Assembly (NCBI GenBank): GCA_034667005.1
Contig: JAXDKU010000124.1
Span: 1-60,931 of the forward strand
From: Chloroflexota bacterium
GTDB lineage: Bacteria > Chloroflexota > Limnocylindria > Limnocylindrales > CSP1-4
Length of the DNA: 60,931 nucleotides
Reading direction: 5' to 3'
Shown: in pieces, positions 17,817 to 27,868 of the stretch
Position numbering within the stretch: position 1 is the first letter of the stretch
Layout: every line of letters starts with the position of its first letter
Notes under the pieces: generated by a model
The model's input: the letters and a program-made list of their open reading frames with translations, nothing else
Database searches by the model: none
What the model was told of the DNA's origin: nothing
Made by a program: the position numbers and the translations under genes

Positions 17817-19703
17817 GTGCGACGCACATCCGTCTCGAGGGCATTCGTCCTCACCATCGCCGCTCTGCTGGCGGTTCCCGCCCTCGTGCCCGTTCCCGTG
17901 GCCGCCGACCCTGGCGACCTCGAGGCGAACGTGGTGCCCGCATCGTTCCCCAAGCACACGACCAGCTATCGGACGATCGACTACGGATCGTCCACGAGCG
18001 CGACCGACGATCGAAATGCCCGCACGAGCTGGCGCATCGTCGAGGGCACGGGCAACTGCTGCGAGGTCCACGTCACGACGGCGCCGAACGGCCGTCTCTT
18101 CGACTTCGGCGGCACGTACATCAACTACTCCGACGACCGCGGCGTCACGTGGAAGCAGGTCATGCCGCTGACGCCCCTCGTCAACGGTGAAGGCTCGATC
18201 GTGGTGGCGCCGGGCGGCGACATCCTCGGCGTGGGCTGGGATCCCTACTCGGGCGACCACCTCCAGTCGTACAAGTACGAAGCCAGCACGCACACGTGGC
18301 TCTACAACGAGATGCCACTTCACCAGCCCTTCTACGATCGGGAGTGGATCTCCGTGGTTCCCGGGCCGGTGACGATCGGCGGTGTCGACTACCCGTACGT
18401 CTCGTTCATCAAGGGCGGCCAGCCGAAGGAGGTCTGGTTCCGCAGCACCGACGGCCTGCACTACACGCAGGTCACCAGCAAGGTGGTCGACCAGGTCCAG
18501 GACGGCACCACGACCAAGGGCCGACTCCACACGAAGGCGCGCGCGCTCAATGACTGGGTGCAGCCGATCAGCGAGGCGGAGATCACGCCGCTCGGCAACG
18601 GCAACGCGATCGCATCGGGAGACGCGGACGCCGAGTGGGGCCTCTTCCACGGCGACACGGGCAAGTGGACCGCCTACCGCTACGGCAACAACAAGCAGCC
18701 GCAGGGCCGCTTCCAGGTCGACGCCGAAGGCGAGATCCACAACGTCATCCCGTCGTCGGATGGAACCTCGTTCCTGTTCCGCAGCTCCGAGGACGACGGC
18801 CGCACATGGCTGTCGAGCAGGATCCACCTGCCCGAGGGCATGACCATCGAGCTGTGGGACTTCCGGGCGAACCACTCCGCGCGTGTCGCCGCCGTCGCGG
18901 TCCACGCGCACAACCTGGCCACGGACACCGACCAGGATCTGGTCTTCAAGCTGGATCTGAACTTCGAGCGGGCGCGGCTGATGCGCATGTACTACGTCGG
19001 CCGTGGCGACGTGAACGCGACCGAAGGCGTGGGCAACGACATCCGGCTCGACTTCTCGTCCATCACGATCTTCCCGGACGGCCGCGTGGCGACCTCCGTG
19101 CTCGACTCCACGATGAACGGCACGCCGGCCCTGGCGATCGAGAAGGACACCACCCTCGGCTCCAGGATCAAGCCGAAGCCCGTGGTCACCCCGACGCTCG
19201 GCACGAAGTACGCCACGTGGACCTGGAACCCCGATGCGCAGGGATGGACGACGGCGGGCACGCCGACCTGGAGCCGCGGTGCTCCAGGCATGAAGAACGG
19301 GGCCGACGACGGGGCATCAGCCTCCTACGGCATCGAAGGCCCGCAGTACATCGACAACATGAGCGCGACGCTCACGTCGCCGCCGGTCGCCACCGACGCC
19401 GGCGCCTCGGTCGTCCAGTTCTGGCTCAAGTCGGACACGGAAGCCGGCTTCGATTTCGTGCACGTCCAGTGGAGCTCGAATGGCACGGACTGGCACGAGA
19501 TCGCCCAGTACTCGGGCAAGAATCCCGCCTACCCCAACTGGTCCAAGCTGACGGTCGGCTTCACCTCGCCCGGCGGCAACGTCCAGGTCCGCTTCCAGTT
19601 CACGTCCGACATGCTCTGCTCGGCCGTCGACACGCCGCTGTGCGGTGAGCCGCCGACGGGCGCGCGCGTCGACCAGGTGGTTCTCGGCAAGCAGGCGCCG
19701 TAG
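17817..19703 (+). CDS. Secreted protein with Asp-box (BNR) propeller-like region and C-terminal beta-sandwich domain
   Basis: Signal peptide; Asp boxes YSDDRGVTW and SSEDDGRTW; C-terminal TLTSP...DTEAGFDF.V.WS.NG..W...RFQFTSD. Confidence 0.65.
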   Translation: MRRTSVSRAFVLTIAALLAVPALVPVPVAADPGDLEANVVPASFPKHTTSYRTIDYGSSTSATDDRNARTSWRIVEGTGNCCEVHVTTAPNGRLFDFGGTYINYSDDRGVTWKQVMPLTPLVNGEGSIVVAPGGDILGVGWDPYSGDHLQSYKYEASTHTWLYNEMPLHQPFYDREWISVVPGPVTIGGVDYPYVSFIKGGQPKEVWFRSTDGLHYTQVTSKVVDQVQDGTTTKGRLHTKARALNDWVQPISEAEITPLGNGNAIASGDADAEWGLFHGDTGKWTAYRYGNNKQPQGRFQVDAEGEIHNVIPSSDGTSFLFRSSEDDGRTWLSSRIHLPEGMTIELWDFRANHSARVAAVAVHAHNLATDTDQDLVFKLDLNFERARLMRMYYVGRGDVNATEGVGNDIRLDFSSITIFPDGRVATSVLDSTMNGTPALAIEKDTTLGSRIKPKPVVTPTLGTKYATWTWNPDAQGWTTAGTPTWSRGAPGMKNGADDGASASYGIEGPQYIDNMSATLTSPPVATDAGASVVQFWLKSDTEAGFDFVHVQWSSNGTDWHEIAQYSGKNPAYPNWSKLTVGFTSPGGNVQVRFQFTSDMLCSAVDTPLCGEPPTGARVDQVVLGKQAP

Positions 19704-19751
19704 GTCCAGGGCTGGGCGCTCGCGGCCCCGGCGCCGTCGACGGGCAGGGGG

Positions 19752-20282
19752 TCAGGTCGCGGCGCGAACCTGCTCGAGTGTTCGGTGCGCCTGCTCCAGG
19801 TGGAAGCGGTCGTGGCCGGCAATGAGGCGAAACGTCAGGTCGTAGCTCTCGGGGCCGCGCTCCTGGTGCATGCCGACGCGGGCGCGCTGCTCGGGCGTGG
19901 ACCGCGCCCAGAGCGCGAGGTTGGCCCGCCGGAGTGACTCGAACAGGTCCAGCAGCTCGGAGGCGTCGGTGTCGCGATGGCCGAGGCTCGTGGCCCACAG
20001 GTCCTGGTCGTAGGGCATGAGCGCCGGCCGGTCGTGCGCCAGGATCCAGCGGTAGCGCCCCGAGGCGACGAGCTCCGCGTCCGCCGCGTGCCCGAGCAGC
20101 TCCACGATCGACCACTCCCCGTCGGCCGGCCGCTTCCGCAGGTCCGCGCCGGCCTCACCGAGTAGCGCGTGCCACCGCTCCGCCGCGGCCTGTTGGACCT
20201 CCGCCGGATCGTCATCCCCGAGGTACGACAGCAGCATCCGCTGGTACTCGTTCCCCTGGGTGACCGGGTCGACGAAGGTCAT
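19752..20282 (-). CDS. DinB/YfiT-family metal-dependent protein
   Basis: WSIVELLGHAADAE, PYDQDLWA, AGHDRFH (His triad). Confidence 0.85.
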   Translation of the reverse strand: MTFVDPVTQGNEYQRMLLSYLGDDDPAEVQQAAAERWHALLGEAGADLRKRPADGEWSIVELLGHAADAELVASGRYRWILAHDRPALMPYDQDLWATSLGHRDTDASELLDLFESLRRANLALWARSTPEQRARVGMHQERGPESYDLTFRLIAGHDRFHLEQAHRTLEQVRAAT

Positions 20283-20461
20283 TCGCGCAGGGTAGCGCCG
20301 CGGCCCACGCGTCGAGCGGTGGCGCGGATGGGCAATCCATGCACCGTGCGCGTGACGGGGGCCCACGAAAAGACGATGGCGCCCCGGCCGGCAGACCGAG
20401 GCGCCATCGATGGATCGACGCCGAGCGCCAGACGACTGGCGCCGGAGACGGTCCGCGCTGC

Positions 20462-21850
20462 CTAGAAGGCCTCCAGGTAGCGGTCGATCTCCCACTGGGT
20501 GACCTGCGTCCGGTACTCGTCCCACTCTTCGCGCTTGGCTTCGATGTAGTGGGAGAGCACGTGGTCGCCGAGCGCCTCGCCGATGACCTCGTCCTTCTCC
20601 AGCTCGTCGATCGCCTCTGCGAGGGTGCCGGGAAGCTCGCGGATGCCCCGCTCCTTGATGCGGTCGCCGGCCATCGCGTAGAGGCTCTCCTCCACGGGAT
20701 CGGCGAGCTCGAGACCCTTCTCGATGCCGTCCAGCCCCGCCGCGAGCATGCAGGCGAAGGCCAGGTAGGTGTTCGAGGAGGGATCGGGGCAGCGCACCTC
20801 GACGCGCGTCGCCTCGATCGAGATTCCGGGCGAGACCTTTGGCACGCGGATCAGCGCAGACCGGTTGGTCCGGCCCCAGGTCAGGTAGGTCGGCGCCTCG
20901 TAGCCGGGCACGAGCCGCTTGTACGAGTTCACGAGCGGGGCGAGGACGGCGATCATGCCGCGCGCGTGCAGCAGGATGCCGGCCATGTACTGGCGTGCCA
21001 GCTCGGAGAGGCCGTACTTGTTCTCCGGATCGGAGAACGCGTTGCGTCCCTGCGCGACGGAGTAGAGGCTCTGGTGAACGTGCATCCCGGAGCCGTTGAT
21101 CCCGAAGATCGGCTTGGGCATGAACGTGGCGTACAGGCCGTGCAGCTGCGCGATCGCCTTCAGCGTGAACTTGAAGGTCAGCGCGTTGTCGGCGGTCTTC
21201 AGCCCGTCCGCGTAGCGGAAGTCGATCTCGTGCTGACCGGCCGCGACCTCGTGGTGAGCGGCCTCGACGCTGATCCCGAAGGCCTCCAGCGCGTTGACCA
21301 TGTCCTGGCGGATGTTGGCGCCGAGGTCGGTCGAGAAGTCGAAGTAGCCGGCATTGTCGTGCGGCAGCGGCTTGATCTCGCCGTCCTCGTCCTTGCGGAA
21401 GAGGAAGAACTCGAGCTCGGGACCTGCGTTCCAGATGTAGCCGAGCTTGCTCGCGCGCGCGAGCTGGCGCTTCAGCACACCGCGCGGGTCCCCGGCGAAG
21501 GCCTGGCCGTTCGGCGTGAAGACGTCGCAGATGACGCGGGCGGTGCCGCGGCTGCCCAGCGGCCCGGAGCCAAGGTCGCCGTGACCGGGCTTCCAGGGGA
21601 TCTCGGCGAAGGTATCCATGTCCGGCTTCAGGAACTGGTCGCTCTCGGCGATCCGCGTGAAGCCCTCGATGGAGCTCCCGTCGAACCAGGTCCCGTTGCG
21701 GAGGGAGCCCTCCAGCTGGTGCAGTGGGATCGTCACGCCTTTGACGATGCCCATGATGTCGGTGAACTGGAGCTCGACGAAGCGGATGTTGTGCTCTTTC
21801 GCCGCCTCGATCTTTGCCAGGGGGTCCGCCGACTCGATCTCGATGACCAA
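20462..21850 (-). CDS. glnA: Glutamine synthetase type I
   Basis: FDGSSIEGF, GPELEFF, HHEVAAGQHEI, ATFMPKPI, NGSGMH, NSYKRLVPGYEAP; TTG at 21850 after AAGGAG (alternative ATG 21874). Confidence 0.96.
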   Translation of the reverse strand: MVIEIESADPLAKIEAAKEHNIRFVELQFTDIMGIVKGVTIPLHQLEGSLRNGTWFDGSSIEGFTRIAESDQFLKPDMDTFAEIPWKPGHGDLGSGPLGSRGTARVICDVFTPNGQAFAGDPRGVLKRQLARASKLGYIWNAGPELEFFLFRKDEDGEIKPLPHDNAGYFDFSTDLGANIRQDMVNALEAFGISVEAAHHEVAAGQHEIDFRYADGLKTADNALTFKFTLKAIAQLHGLYATFMPKPIFGINGSGMHVHQSLYSVAQGRNAFSDPENKYGLSELARQYMAGILLHARGMIAVLAPLVNSYKRLVPGYEAPTYLTWGRTNRSALIRVPKVSPGISIEATRVEVRCPDPSSNTYLAFACMLAAGLDGIEKGLELADPVEESLYAMAGDRIKERGIRELPGTLAEAIDELEKDEVIGEALGDHVLSHYIEAKREEWDEYRTQVTQWEIDRYLEAF

Positions 21851-22117
21851 TGCCCTCTCCTTTCCGCGCGCCATTCCACGGCCCTCTCGTGGTCTGGGAT
21901 GGGCGCTCTGCGATCCTCAGGACCAACCCATGGCATGGCCGTGGGCGGGTCTGCACCTGGACCTGAGTCTAGACCGGCGTCGGTCGCAAGACGGTGTCGA
22001 GCCCGTCGCGGGAGGCCACTGAATCGGACCCCGTTTGGGAGCGGCCGGCACCGTCGGGGCGCACGTGCTCCATGCCGGCAGGATGACGCTGGAGAGGTAC
22101 GCCCGGCTCTCTCCGGA

Positions 22118-23599
22118 TCATCCGCCGCCCTGGACCGGGCGGTCCCCGGTCCGTGCCCCGACCGCGTCGAGCAGCTCTCCGAACTCGCGTCGCGCGTCGA
22201 CGTAGCGGTCCGCCAGCATCGCCAGCTGGATGCGACCGTCGGCGAAGCGCGCCCAGACCCGGCGCCGCGGGAAGTAGAACGACAGCAGCAGCCCGGTGAT
22301 GAGGCTCGCGAACGCGATCCAGATGACGTTCTGGCCGGGGTCGTTCTTGACCACCATGCCGGTCCACGCTCCGGCCGAGGTCCACGTGATCGTGTAGCCC
22401 GCCGTCGCGGCGGGCGCGGTCGACGCGCCCAACCCCAGGCGCACCTGGAACAGCAGGGGCGACAGCCCCGAGTCCGGGTCCACGGCCCCGACCCCGATCA
22501 GGCCCAGCACCGGGACGCTGTCGATCGTGCGCGCGAGCACGAGCTGGACGCCGAGGTCCGAGCCCGGGATCGTCTGGAACGCCGAGGGAAAGCCCGTGTC
22601 GGGATCCTCGGTCAGGATGATCGGCCCGGTCCAGACGAGCGCCCCGGTGGCGTCGCGGATGTCCACGCTGGCACTCGGCCCGAACGTGTTCTGGTGGAAG
22701 ACGAAGCCGTCGACCGTGAGCGGGTCGTTGACGCGGATCGTCTTGCGCGCCACCTGCTGGCCGTCCCGGTAGACCGCGAGGTCGGTGCGGAAGTCCTCGA
22801 AGGAGCCGTCCGGACGGGTGGGCGCCTCGAAGTTGACGTTCTTCACGAGGAGGTTGTGCGGCGTGCCGACGGGCGCGACCGGCGCGGTCTGGCCCTCCCC
22901 CACGAACAGGACCGTCTCGAAGCCGAACGCGGCGGTGATGGCGCCGCCCGCCAGGAAGAGCACCAGCCCGAGGTGCGTGAACAGCGTGGCGAGCTTGAAA
23001 TACTGGTTGCGGTCCCCATACACCCAGGCGACCTCCTGGCCGTCCGCCGCGGTCGCCCGTCGCACCTTGAACCGCTTGGAGCGGAGGATGCGTGCGATGT
23101 CGTCGGGGGCGGCCGTCCCGTGCTCGGACACGGCGCGCTCGGAGAGCCTGATGTCGAAGAACGCCGCCGGCTGTTCCACCTTGACGAGGCGTACGCCGCG
23201 CCAGAGCTTCGGCGTCCGGTCGAGCGTGCAGCAGACGATGCTGATCACGAGCACGGACAGGCACAGCACGAACCATGGCGCGCTGAAGATCCGGAAGAAC
23301 CCGAGGCGGTCGAACACGTCCACCAGGAGCGGGCCGAACGAGAGCCCGCCGAGGCCCATCGCGTCCCAGCGCCGGTGCATCTCGGCCACCTGCTCGGCGT
23401 ATGCGCCGGGATCGTGGAGCGAGAAGGCCGGGAACTGGCGAACCAGCGTCCCGATCAGGCCGCTGATCGTGATCACGATGATCTGGAGCACGGCGAAGCG
23501 GACCGACGTCAGGGTCCGCCACGCACCGCGGCCGAGCCGCGAGAGCGGGTCGCTCAGGGAGGGGCTGCCCTCACGGGTGCGGATGCCGATGGTAGCGAT
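22118..23599 (-). CDS. resB: Cytochrome c biogenesis protein ResB/Ccs1
   Basis: LTSVRFAV, IGTLVRQ, FSAPWF, CTLDR, THLGL, IRVNDPL, DPG...FPRRRVW; frame extends to an SD-preceded ATC at 23599. Confidence 0.88.
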   Translation of the reverse strand: MATIGIRTREGSPSLSDPLSRLGRGAWRTLTSVRFAVLQIIVITISGLIGTLVRQFPAFSLHDPGAYAEQVAEMHRRWDAMGLGGLSFGPLLVDVFDRLGFFRIFSAPWFVLCLSVLVISIVCCTLDRTPKLWRGVRLVKVEQPAAFFDIRLSERAVSEHGTAAPDDIARILRSKRFKVRRATAADGQEVAWVYGDRNQYFKLATLFTHLGLVLFLAGGAITAAFGFETVLFVGEGQTAPVAPVGTPHNLLVKNVNFEAPTRPDGSFEDFRTDLAVYRDGQQVARKTIRVNDPLTVDGFVFHQNTFGPSASVDIRDATGALVWTGPIILTEDPDTGFPSAFQTIPGSDLGVQLVLARTIDSVPVLGLIGVGAVDPDSGLSPLLFQVRLGLGASTAPAATAGYTITWTSAGAWTGMVVKNDPGQNVIWIAFASLITGLLLSFYFPRRRVWARFADGRIQLAMLADRYVDARREFGELLDAVGARTGDRPVQGGG

Positions 23600-23737
23600 G
23601 AACGAGTCCTCTTCCTTCGCCGGTGCGGCTCCGCCGCCGGCTGCGCGATGCTCTCTGCTCCGCCCGGGCCCCCTGCTGCGGGGCTGCGCGCACGGCCGCC
23701 TGCGATCTCCTGTTCCTGGTCTGAACGCCCCGGCGGC

Positions 23738-24952
23738 TCAGGCCACGAGGGCGGTGGCGCGCGCGGCCGCCAGGCCCGCGGCCAGGTCGACGGCCAGATC
23801 CTCGATGTCCTCCAGCCCCACGGAGACGCGCACGAGCCCCTCGGGGATCCCCGCGGCCGCCAGCTCATCCGCGCTGAGCTGCCGGTGGGTGCTGGACGGT
23901 GGATGCACGGCGATCGTCTGGATGCTGCCGAGGGACGCGGTGCGCGGCGGGATCGAGAGCGCGTCCAGGAACGCGGACGCGGCGGCGCGGGCCCCAAGGT
24001 CGAGGGCAAGCATGCCGCCGCCGGCGCGCAGCTCCCGCTGCACGACCTCTGCCTGAGGATGGCTCGGCAGGCCCGGATACATCACCGACAGGACCTCCGG
24101 GCGGCCCTCGAGGTAGCGCGCGAGCGCCAGCGCGTTCGCGCAGTGCCGCTCCATCCGAACGTGCAGCGTCTCGATGCCGCGGAGGACAAGGAACGCGCTG
24201 AACGGCGCCGCGATCGCGCCGGTGTCCACCTCAACGGCCCGGATGGCACCGATGAGCTCGCGGCTGCCCGAGACCGCGCCCGCGATCACATCTGAATGGC
24301 CGCCGATCCACTTGGTGCACGACTCGATGACCAGGTCGGCGCCGAGCTCCAGGGGCCGGCAGAGGAACGGCGAAGCGAAGGTGTTGTCGACGACGACCGT
24401 CGCGCCATGTCGGTGCGCTCGCTCCACCAGGTCGGCAAGGTCCGCCACGATGATCGTCGGGTTCGAGATCGTCTCCAGGTAGAGGACGCGCGCGCCGGGC
24501 GCCAGCGCGGCCTCGACGGCGTCAGGATCGGTTGGGTCGACGAAGACGATCTCCACGCCGAACCGGGCGAGGATGTGCGTCATGAGCTGCCGCGTGCTGC
24601 CGTAGACGGCCCTCGTGGAGACCACGCGGTCGCCGCTCCGGAGCAGCGACAGGAGCGTGCCGTGGATCGCCGCCATCCCCGACGCGAAGCTGAAGGCCGC
24701 CTCGGCTCCCTCGAGCTCGGCAATCGCGTCGGCCATGGCCGAGGCGGTCGGATTGTCGATGCGGGCGTAGGCGTAGCCGGGCTTCCGGTCGGACAGGATG
24801 TCGCCGAGCTCGGCCGAATCCTCGGCGGCGAAGGTGGCCGCCTGGTAGATCGGGACCGAGTTCGCGACCTGCCGGACCTCGGGCGGCGTGCTCGCCGCGC
24901 GGATCGCGCGAGTGCCGAAGCCGAGCGGGCCCTGCGCTGGATCGATGGGCAT
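23738..24952 (-). CDS. Cys/Met metabolism PLP-dependent enzyme (cystathionine gamma-synthase/methionine gamma-lyase family)
   Basis: YARIDNPT, ASGMAAI, ETISNP, VDNTFASP, SCTKWIGGHSD, RVSVGLED. Confidence 0.92.
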   Translation of the reverse strand: MPIDPAQGPLGFGTRAIRAASTPPEVRQVANSVPIYQAATFAAEDSAELGDILSDRKPGYAYARIDNPTASAMADAIAELEGAEAAFSFASGMAAIHGTLLSLLRSGDRVVSTRAVYGSTRQLMTHILARFGVEIVFVDPTDPDAVEAALAPGARVLYLETISNPTIIVADLADLVERAHRHGATVVVDNTFASPFLCRPLELGADLVIESCTKWIGGHSDVIAGAVSGSRELIGAIRAVEVDTGAIAAPFSAFLVLRGIETLHVRMERHCANALALARYLEGRPEVLSVMYPGLPSHPQAEVVQRELRAGGGMLALDLGARAAASAFLDALSIPPRTASLGSIQTIAVHPPSSTHRQLSADELAAAGIPEGLVRVSVGLEDIEDLAVDLAAGLAAARATALVA

Positions 24953-24996
24953 GGCGGAGACTCTACACCGGACTCCGCGGCGCCTCGGCTGGGGCC

Positions 24997-26541
24997 TCAG
25001 CGCTCCGTGTCGACGACCGGCTCGTTCGCCTGCCCGGTGGCCTGCGGCCTCTGGACGTGGATCGCCACGTAGCTGCGTGGCTCACCGTCCGCGCCTCCCG
25101 GCGCGGCCGGCGCCGTGCTGTCCCAGGCGGGACGCAGCGTTTCGTCGCTGCGTCGCGAGACGGGCCGTCCACCCATGGAGGCCGTCTCCGGCCGAGACCC
25201 TGTCTCGCGCAGAGGCGCCCCCGGCGGCGGCCGCGACGGCTCGCGGGCAAGGATCCGGGAGGGCTCGCGTTCCATCGTCGAGCTCGTCCTGGGGGGCGTG
25301 ACGGGCGTCGCGACCCGCTCCGTGCGCGTGGTGTAGCCGACGATCTGGTTCTTGCCGCGACGCTTGGACTCGTACATCGCCCGATCCACGTCCGAGATGA
25401 GCGACTCCACGGTCGTGCCGTCCTCGGGGTACGAGACGAGGCCGACCGAGACGGTGGTGCGGGCGGGCCGGTCCATGGACCCGACCGCGACCTGAGCGAT
25501 GTCCGAGCGCAGCTTCTCGGCAACGGTGTGGGCGCCCTGCGCGTCCGTGTCGGACAGCAGCACGACGAACTCGTCGCCGCCGTATCGCGCGGCGATGTCC
25601 GTGCTCCTCAGGTCCTTCTGGATCGTGGAGGTCACCCCGCGGAGCAGCTCGTCACCCTGCTGGTGGCCGAAGGTGTCGTTGACCGGCTTCATGTCGTCCA
25701 GGTCGATCATCAGAACGGCGAAGTGCCCGCCACTGCGAGCCGCGCGCCGGATCTCCTGGTCCAGCACCGAAAAGAAGTAGTTGCGGTTGAACAGGCCGGT
25801 CAGCGGATCGAAGCGGGACAGGCTGATGGCGGCCTCGCGCGCCCGTCGCTGCTCGCGACCCACGACGCTCGCCAGGAAAGCGAGCAGGGACAGGCTCACC
25901 ACGTTGAAGCCGAGCCAGGCCAGCGTGCCCGCCCCCAGCTCGTCCGGCGCGGCCACCGCGACCCCGACGAGGGCGTAGCTGCCGGCCGCGAGGAGCGCGA
26001 GCAGGAGCGGCGCGGCCTCCTCGAGCGACAGCGATGCTCCGGCGACGACCAGGAAGAAGCCGACGAAGAAGGGGCTCGAGAGCCCGCCGGTCAGTCCGGT
26101 CAGGACCGCGACGAAGCCGGTCGCCAGCGCGGCCTCGATCCAGCGGCGGCCCTGCCCCAGCGCCGCGGTCGGGAGGAGGTCCTGGAGGAAGACGACGGCC
26201 AGGATCCCCGCCGAGACCAGCAGCTGGATGGCGACCTCGGTCTCCGGGTACGCCCGGCTCACCAGGACCACCGTGCCGACGGCCGCGAGGAACAGCAGCG
26301 AGATCACGCGGACGACCCGGTCGAACTGGGGCCCGGCCACGCTCGTCGCGGGGTCGTCCGTGGCGGACCCAAGCCGCGTCGAACCGGCGACCAGCGCCGC
26401 CCCGGCGGGCGTGCGGGCAGTTGAGGCTTCTGACCGTGCGGTCTGGCGCCATGTCACCCACGCCGCGACGACCACGGCGGACAGGCAGACGACGGCCACG
26501 AAGACCACACCGAGCATGACGAGCACTTGTGCCATTGGCAC
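24997..26541 (-). CDS. Membrane-bound diguanylate cyclase
   Basis: Multiple TM helices; DPLTGLFNR, VNDTFGHQQGD, RSTD I-site, RYGGDEF. Confidence 0.92.
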   Translation of the reverse strand: MPMAQVLVMLGVVFVAVVCLSAVVVAAWVTWRQTARSEASTARTPAGAALVAGSTRLGSATDDPATSVAGPQFDRVVRVISLLFLAAVGTVVLVSRAYPETEVAIQLLVSAGILAVVFLQDLLPTAALGQGRRWIEAALATGFVAVLTGLTGGLSSPFFVGFFLVVAGASLSLEEAAPLLLALLAAGSYALVGVAVAAPDELGAGTLAWLGFNVVSLSLLAFLASVVGREQRRAREAAISLSRFDPLTGLFNRNYFFSVLDQEIRRAARSGGHFAVLMIDLDDMKPVNDTFGHQQGDELLRGVTSTIQKDLRSTDIAARYGGDEFVVLLSDTDAQGAHTVAEKLRSDIAQVAVGSMDRPARTTVSVGLVSYPEDGTTVESLISDVDRAMYESKRRGKNQIVGYTTRTERVATPVTPPRTSSTMEREPSRILAREPSRPPPGAPLRETGSRPETASMGGRPVSRRSDETLRPAWDSTAPAAPGGADGEPRSYVAIHVQRPQATGQANEPVVDTER

Positions 26542-26675
26542 GCCGTTCCGGAGCTTGGCGCCGCGGTCTGGGACGCGGCGGGGGAATGAACCTGAGCACC
26601 CCTCGGGGTTCGAACCCGATGGTACTAGCGGTCTTGGCCCCTAGGTACTGCCGGCGGCCTGATAGTGTGGACCCC

Positions 26676-27164
26676 ATGCAACAGGCAGCGCGCCCGTCGC
26701 AGCCCCGAATCCCGGACGACCTGTCTGAGCTGGACCTCCAGATCGTGGAGCGGCTCCAGGAAGACGGGAGGCGTCCCTTCACCCGCATCGCCTCCGAGCT
26801 GGGCGTCAGCGAGGCGGCCGTCCGCGCCCGCACCAACCGGCTCATCGAGCGCGGCGTCCTCCAGATCGTCGGAGTCGCCGACCCGCTGAAGCTCGGCTAC
26901 GACCAGATGGCACTCGTCGGGGTCCGCTGCGAGGGCGACCGCCTGCTGGAGGCCGCGGCGAAGATCGCGGAGCTGCCGGAGGTCATCTACGTCGTCGTGA
27001 CGGCGGGTGCGTTCGATCTCCTGGTCGAGACGGTCTGCCAGGACAACGAGGCGCTGCTGCACTTCCTGGCCGAACGGCTGCGGAAAGTCCCCGGCGTCAT
27101 GACGACCGAGACGTTCGTCTACCTGCGGATCGTGAAGCAGTCGTACCACTGGGGCTCGCTCTAG
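26676..27164 (+). CDS. Lrp/AsnC family transcriptional regulator
   Basis: LQEDGRRPFTRIASELGVSEAAVRAR HTH; TAGAFDLLVE. Confidence 0.93.
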   Translation: MQQAARPSQPRIPDDLSELDLQIVERLQEDGRRPFTRIASELGVSEAAVRARTNRLIERGVLQIVGVADPLKLGYDQMALVGVRCEGDRLLEAAAKIAELPEVIYVVVTAGAFDLLVETVCQDNEALLHFLAERLRKVPGVMTTETFVYLRIVKQSYHWGSL

Positions 27165-27222
27165 AAGGTCGCGAGACCCGCGGTGGGCGTGCCCCGGTCG
27201 CCGCGAGGTCAGTCGCCCCGAC

Positions 27223-27612
27223 TCAGTCGCCGCGCGTCAGCATCCCGAGGATCATCTCGAACGGGAGCGCGGTGCGGCGCTCCACGAGGCGTGCGATGCG
27301 GGCGGCCTCTCCCCGGGTGCGCCGGAGCTTCCCCGGGTCGAGCCGCGGCCAGAGAGCAAGGGCACGTCGCCGGTAGTCCTCCGTGCGCGTCGACGCAGTC
27401 CGCAGCGCCCGCTTGGCACCCTGGGCGGCGGGCGCCGCCGGGGCGGGCGCCGCCGGTGCGGGCTCGCCCGTCATCACGGCCACGGGCCGGCCATGGATCC
27501 CGAGCCGCCACGAGCCTGGGGAGGCGGTGGGTCCGATCGTCGTCGCGTTGCTTCCGATAGGCCCTTCGGAGGGCGTCTCGACGGGAATTGCGACCGCGCC
27601 GGAGCGGCTCAT
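27223..27612 (-). CDS. Small hypothetical protein with basic helical C-terminal domain
   Basis: ATG after AAAGGG; Pro/Ala linker then WPRLDPGKLRRTRGEAARIARLVERRT. Confidence 0.5.
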   Translation of the reverse strand: MSRSGAVAIPVETPSEGPIGSNATTIGPTASPGSWRLGIHGRPVAVMTGEPAPAAPAPAAPAAQGAKRALRTASTRTEDYRRRALALWPRLDPGKLRRTRGEAARIARLVERRTALPFEMILGMLTRGD

Positions 27613-27868
27613 CGAGCGCCCTTTCGAGGGTGAGCGAAAGAAAGGGTTCGTGACGGGAACTCCATGTGGGCAGTTCATCACGGGGTGCGCTACGACCGCC
27701 GGACGGGAGTCCCGATGACGTTGCAGCCGCCTTGCGACGCTGGGTTTCGTAACCCGTTGCGGGCCCGCTGGGCGTGCGCCGGCGCGCAGGACGTGCGTCG
27801 CAACGTGTCCGATATGCCGCGCGAACCTCCACCATCGCGGCCGCCTCCGAGCCCGGCAGAAGCTCACG

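Noticed and set aside
14973-24295. Very long ORFs 14973..18911 (1312 aa) and 20339..24295 (1318 aa)
   Set aside because: High-GC antisense read-through; only the kynU part of the first is a real gene
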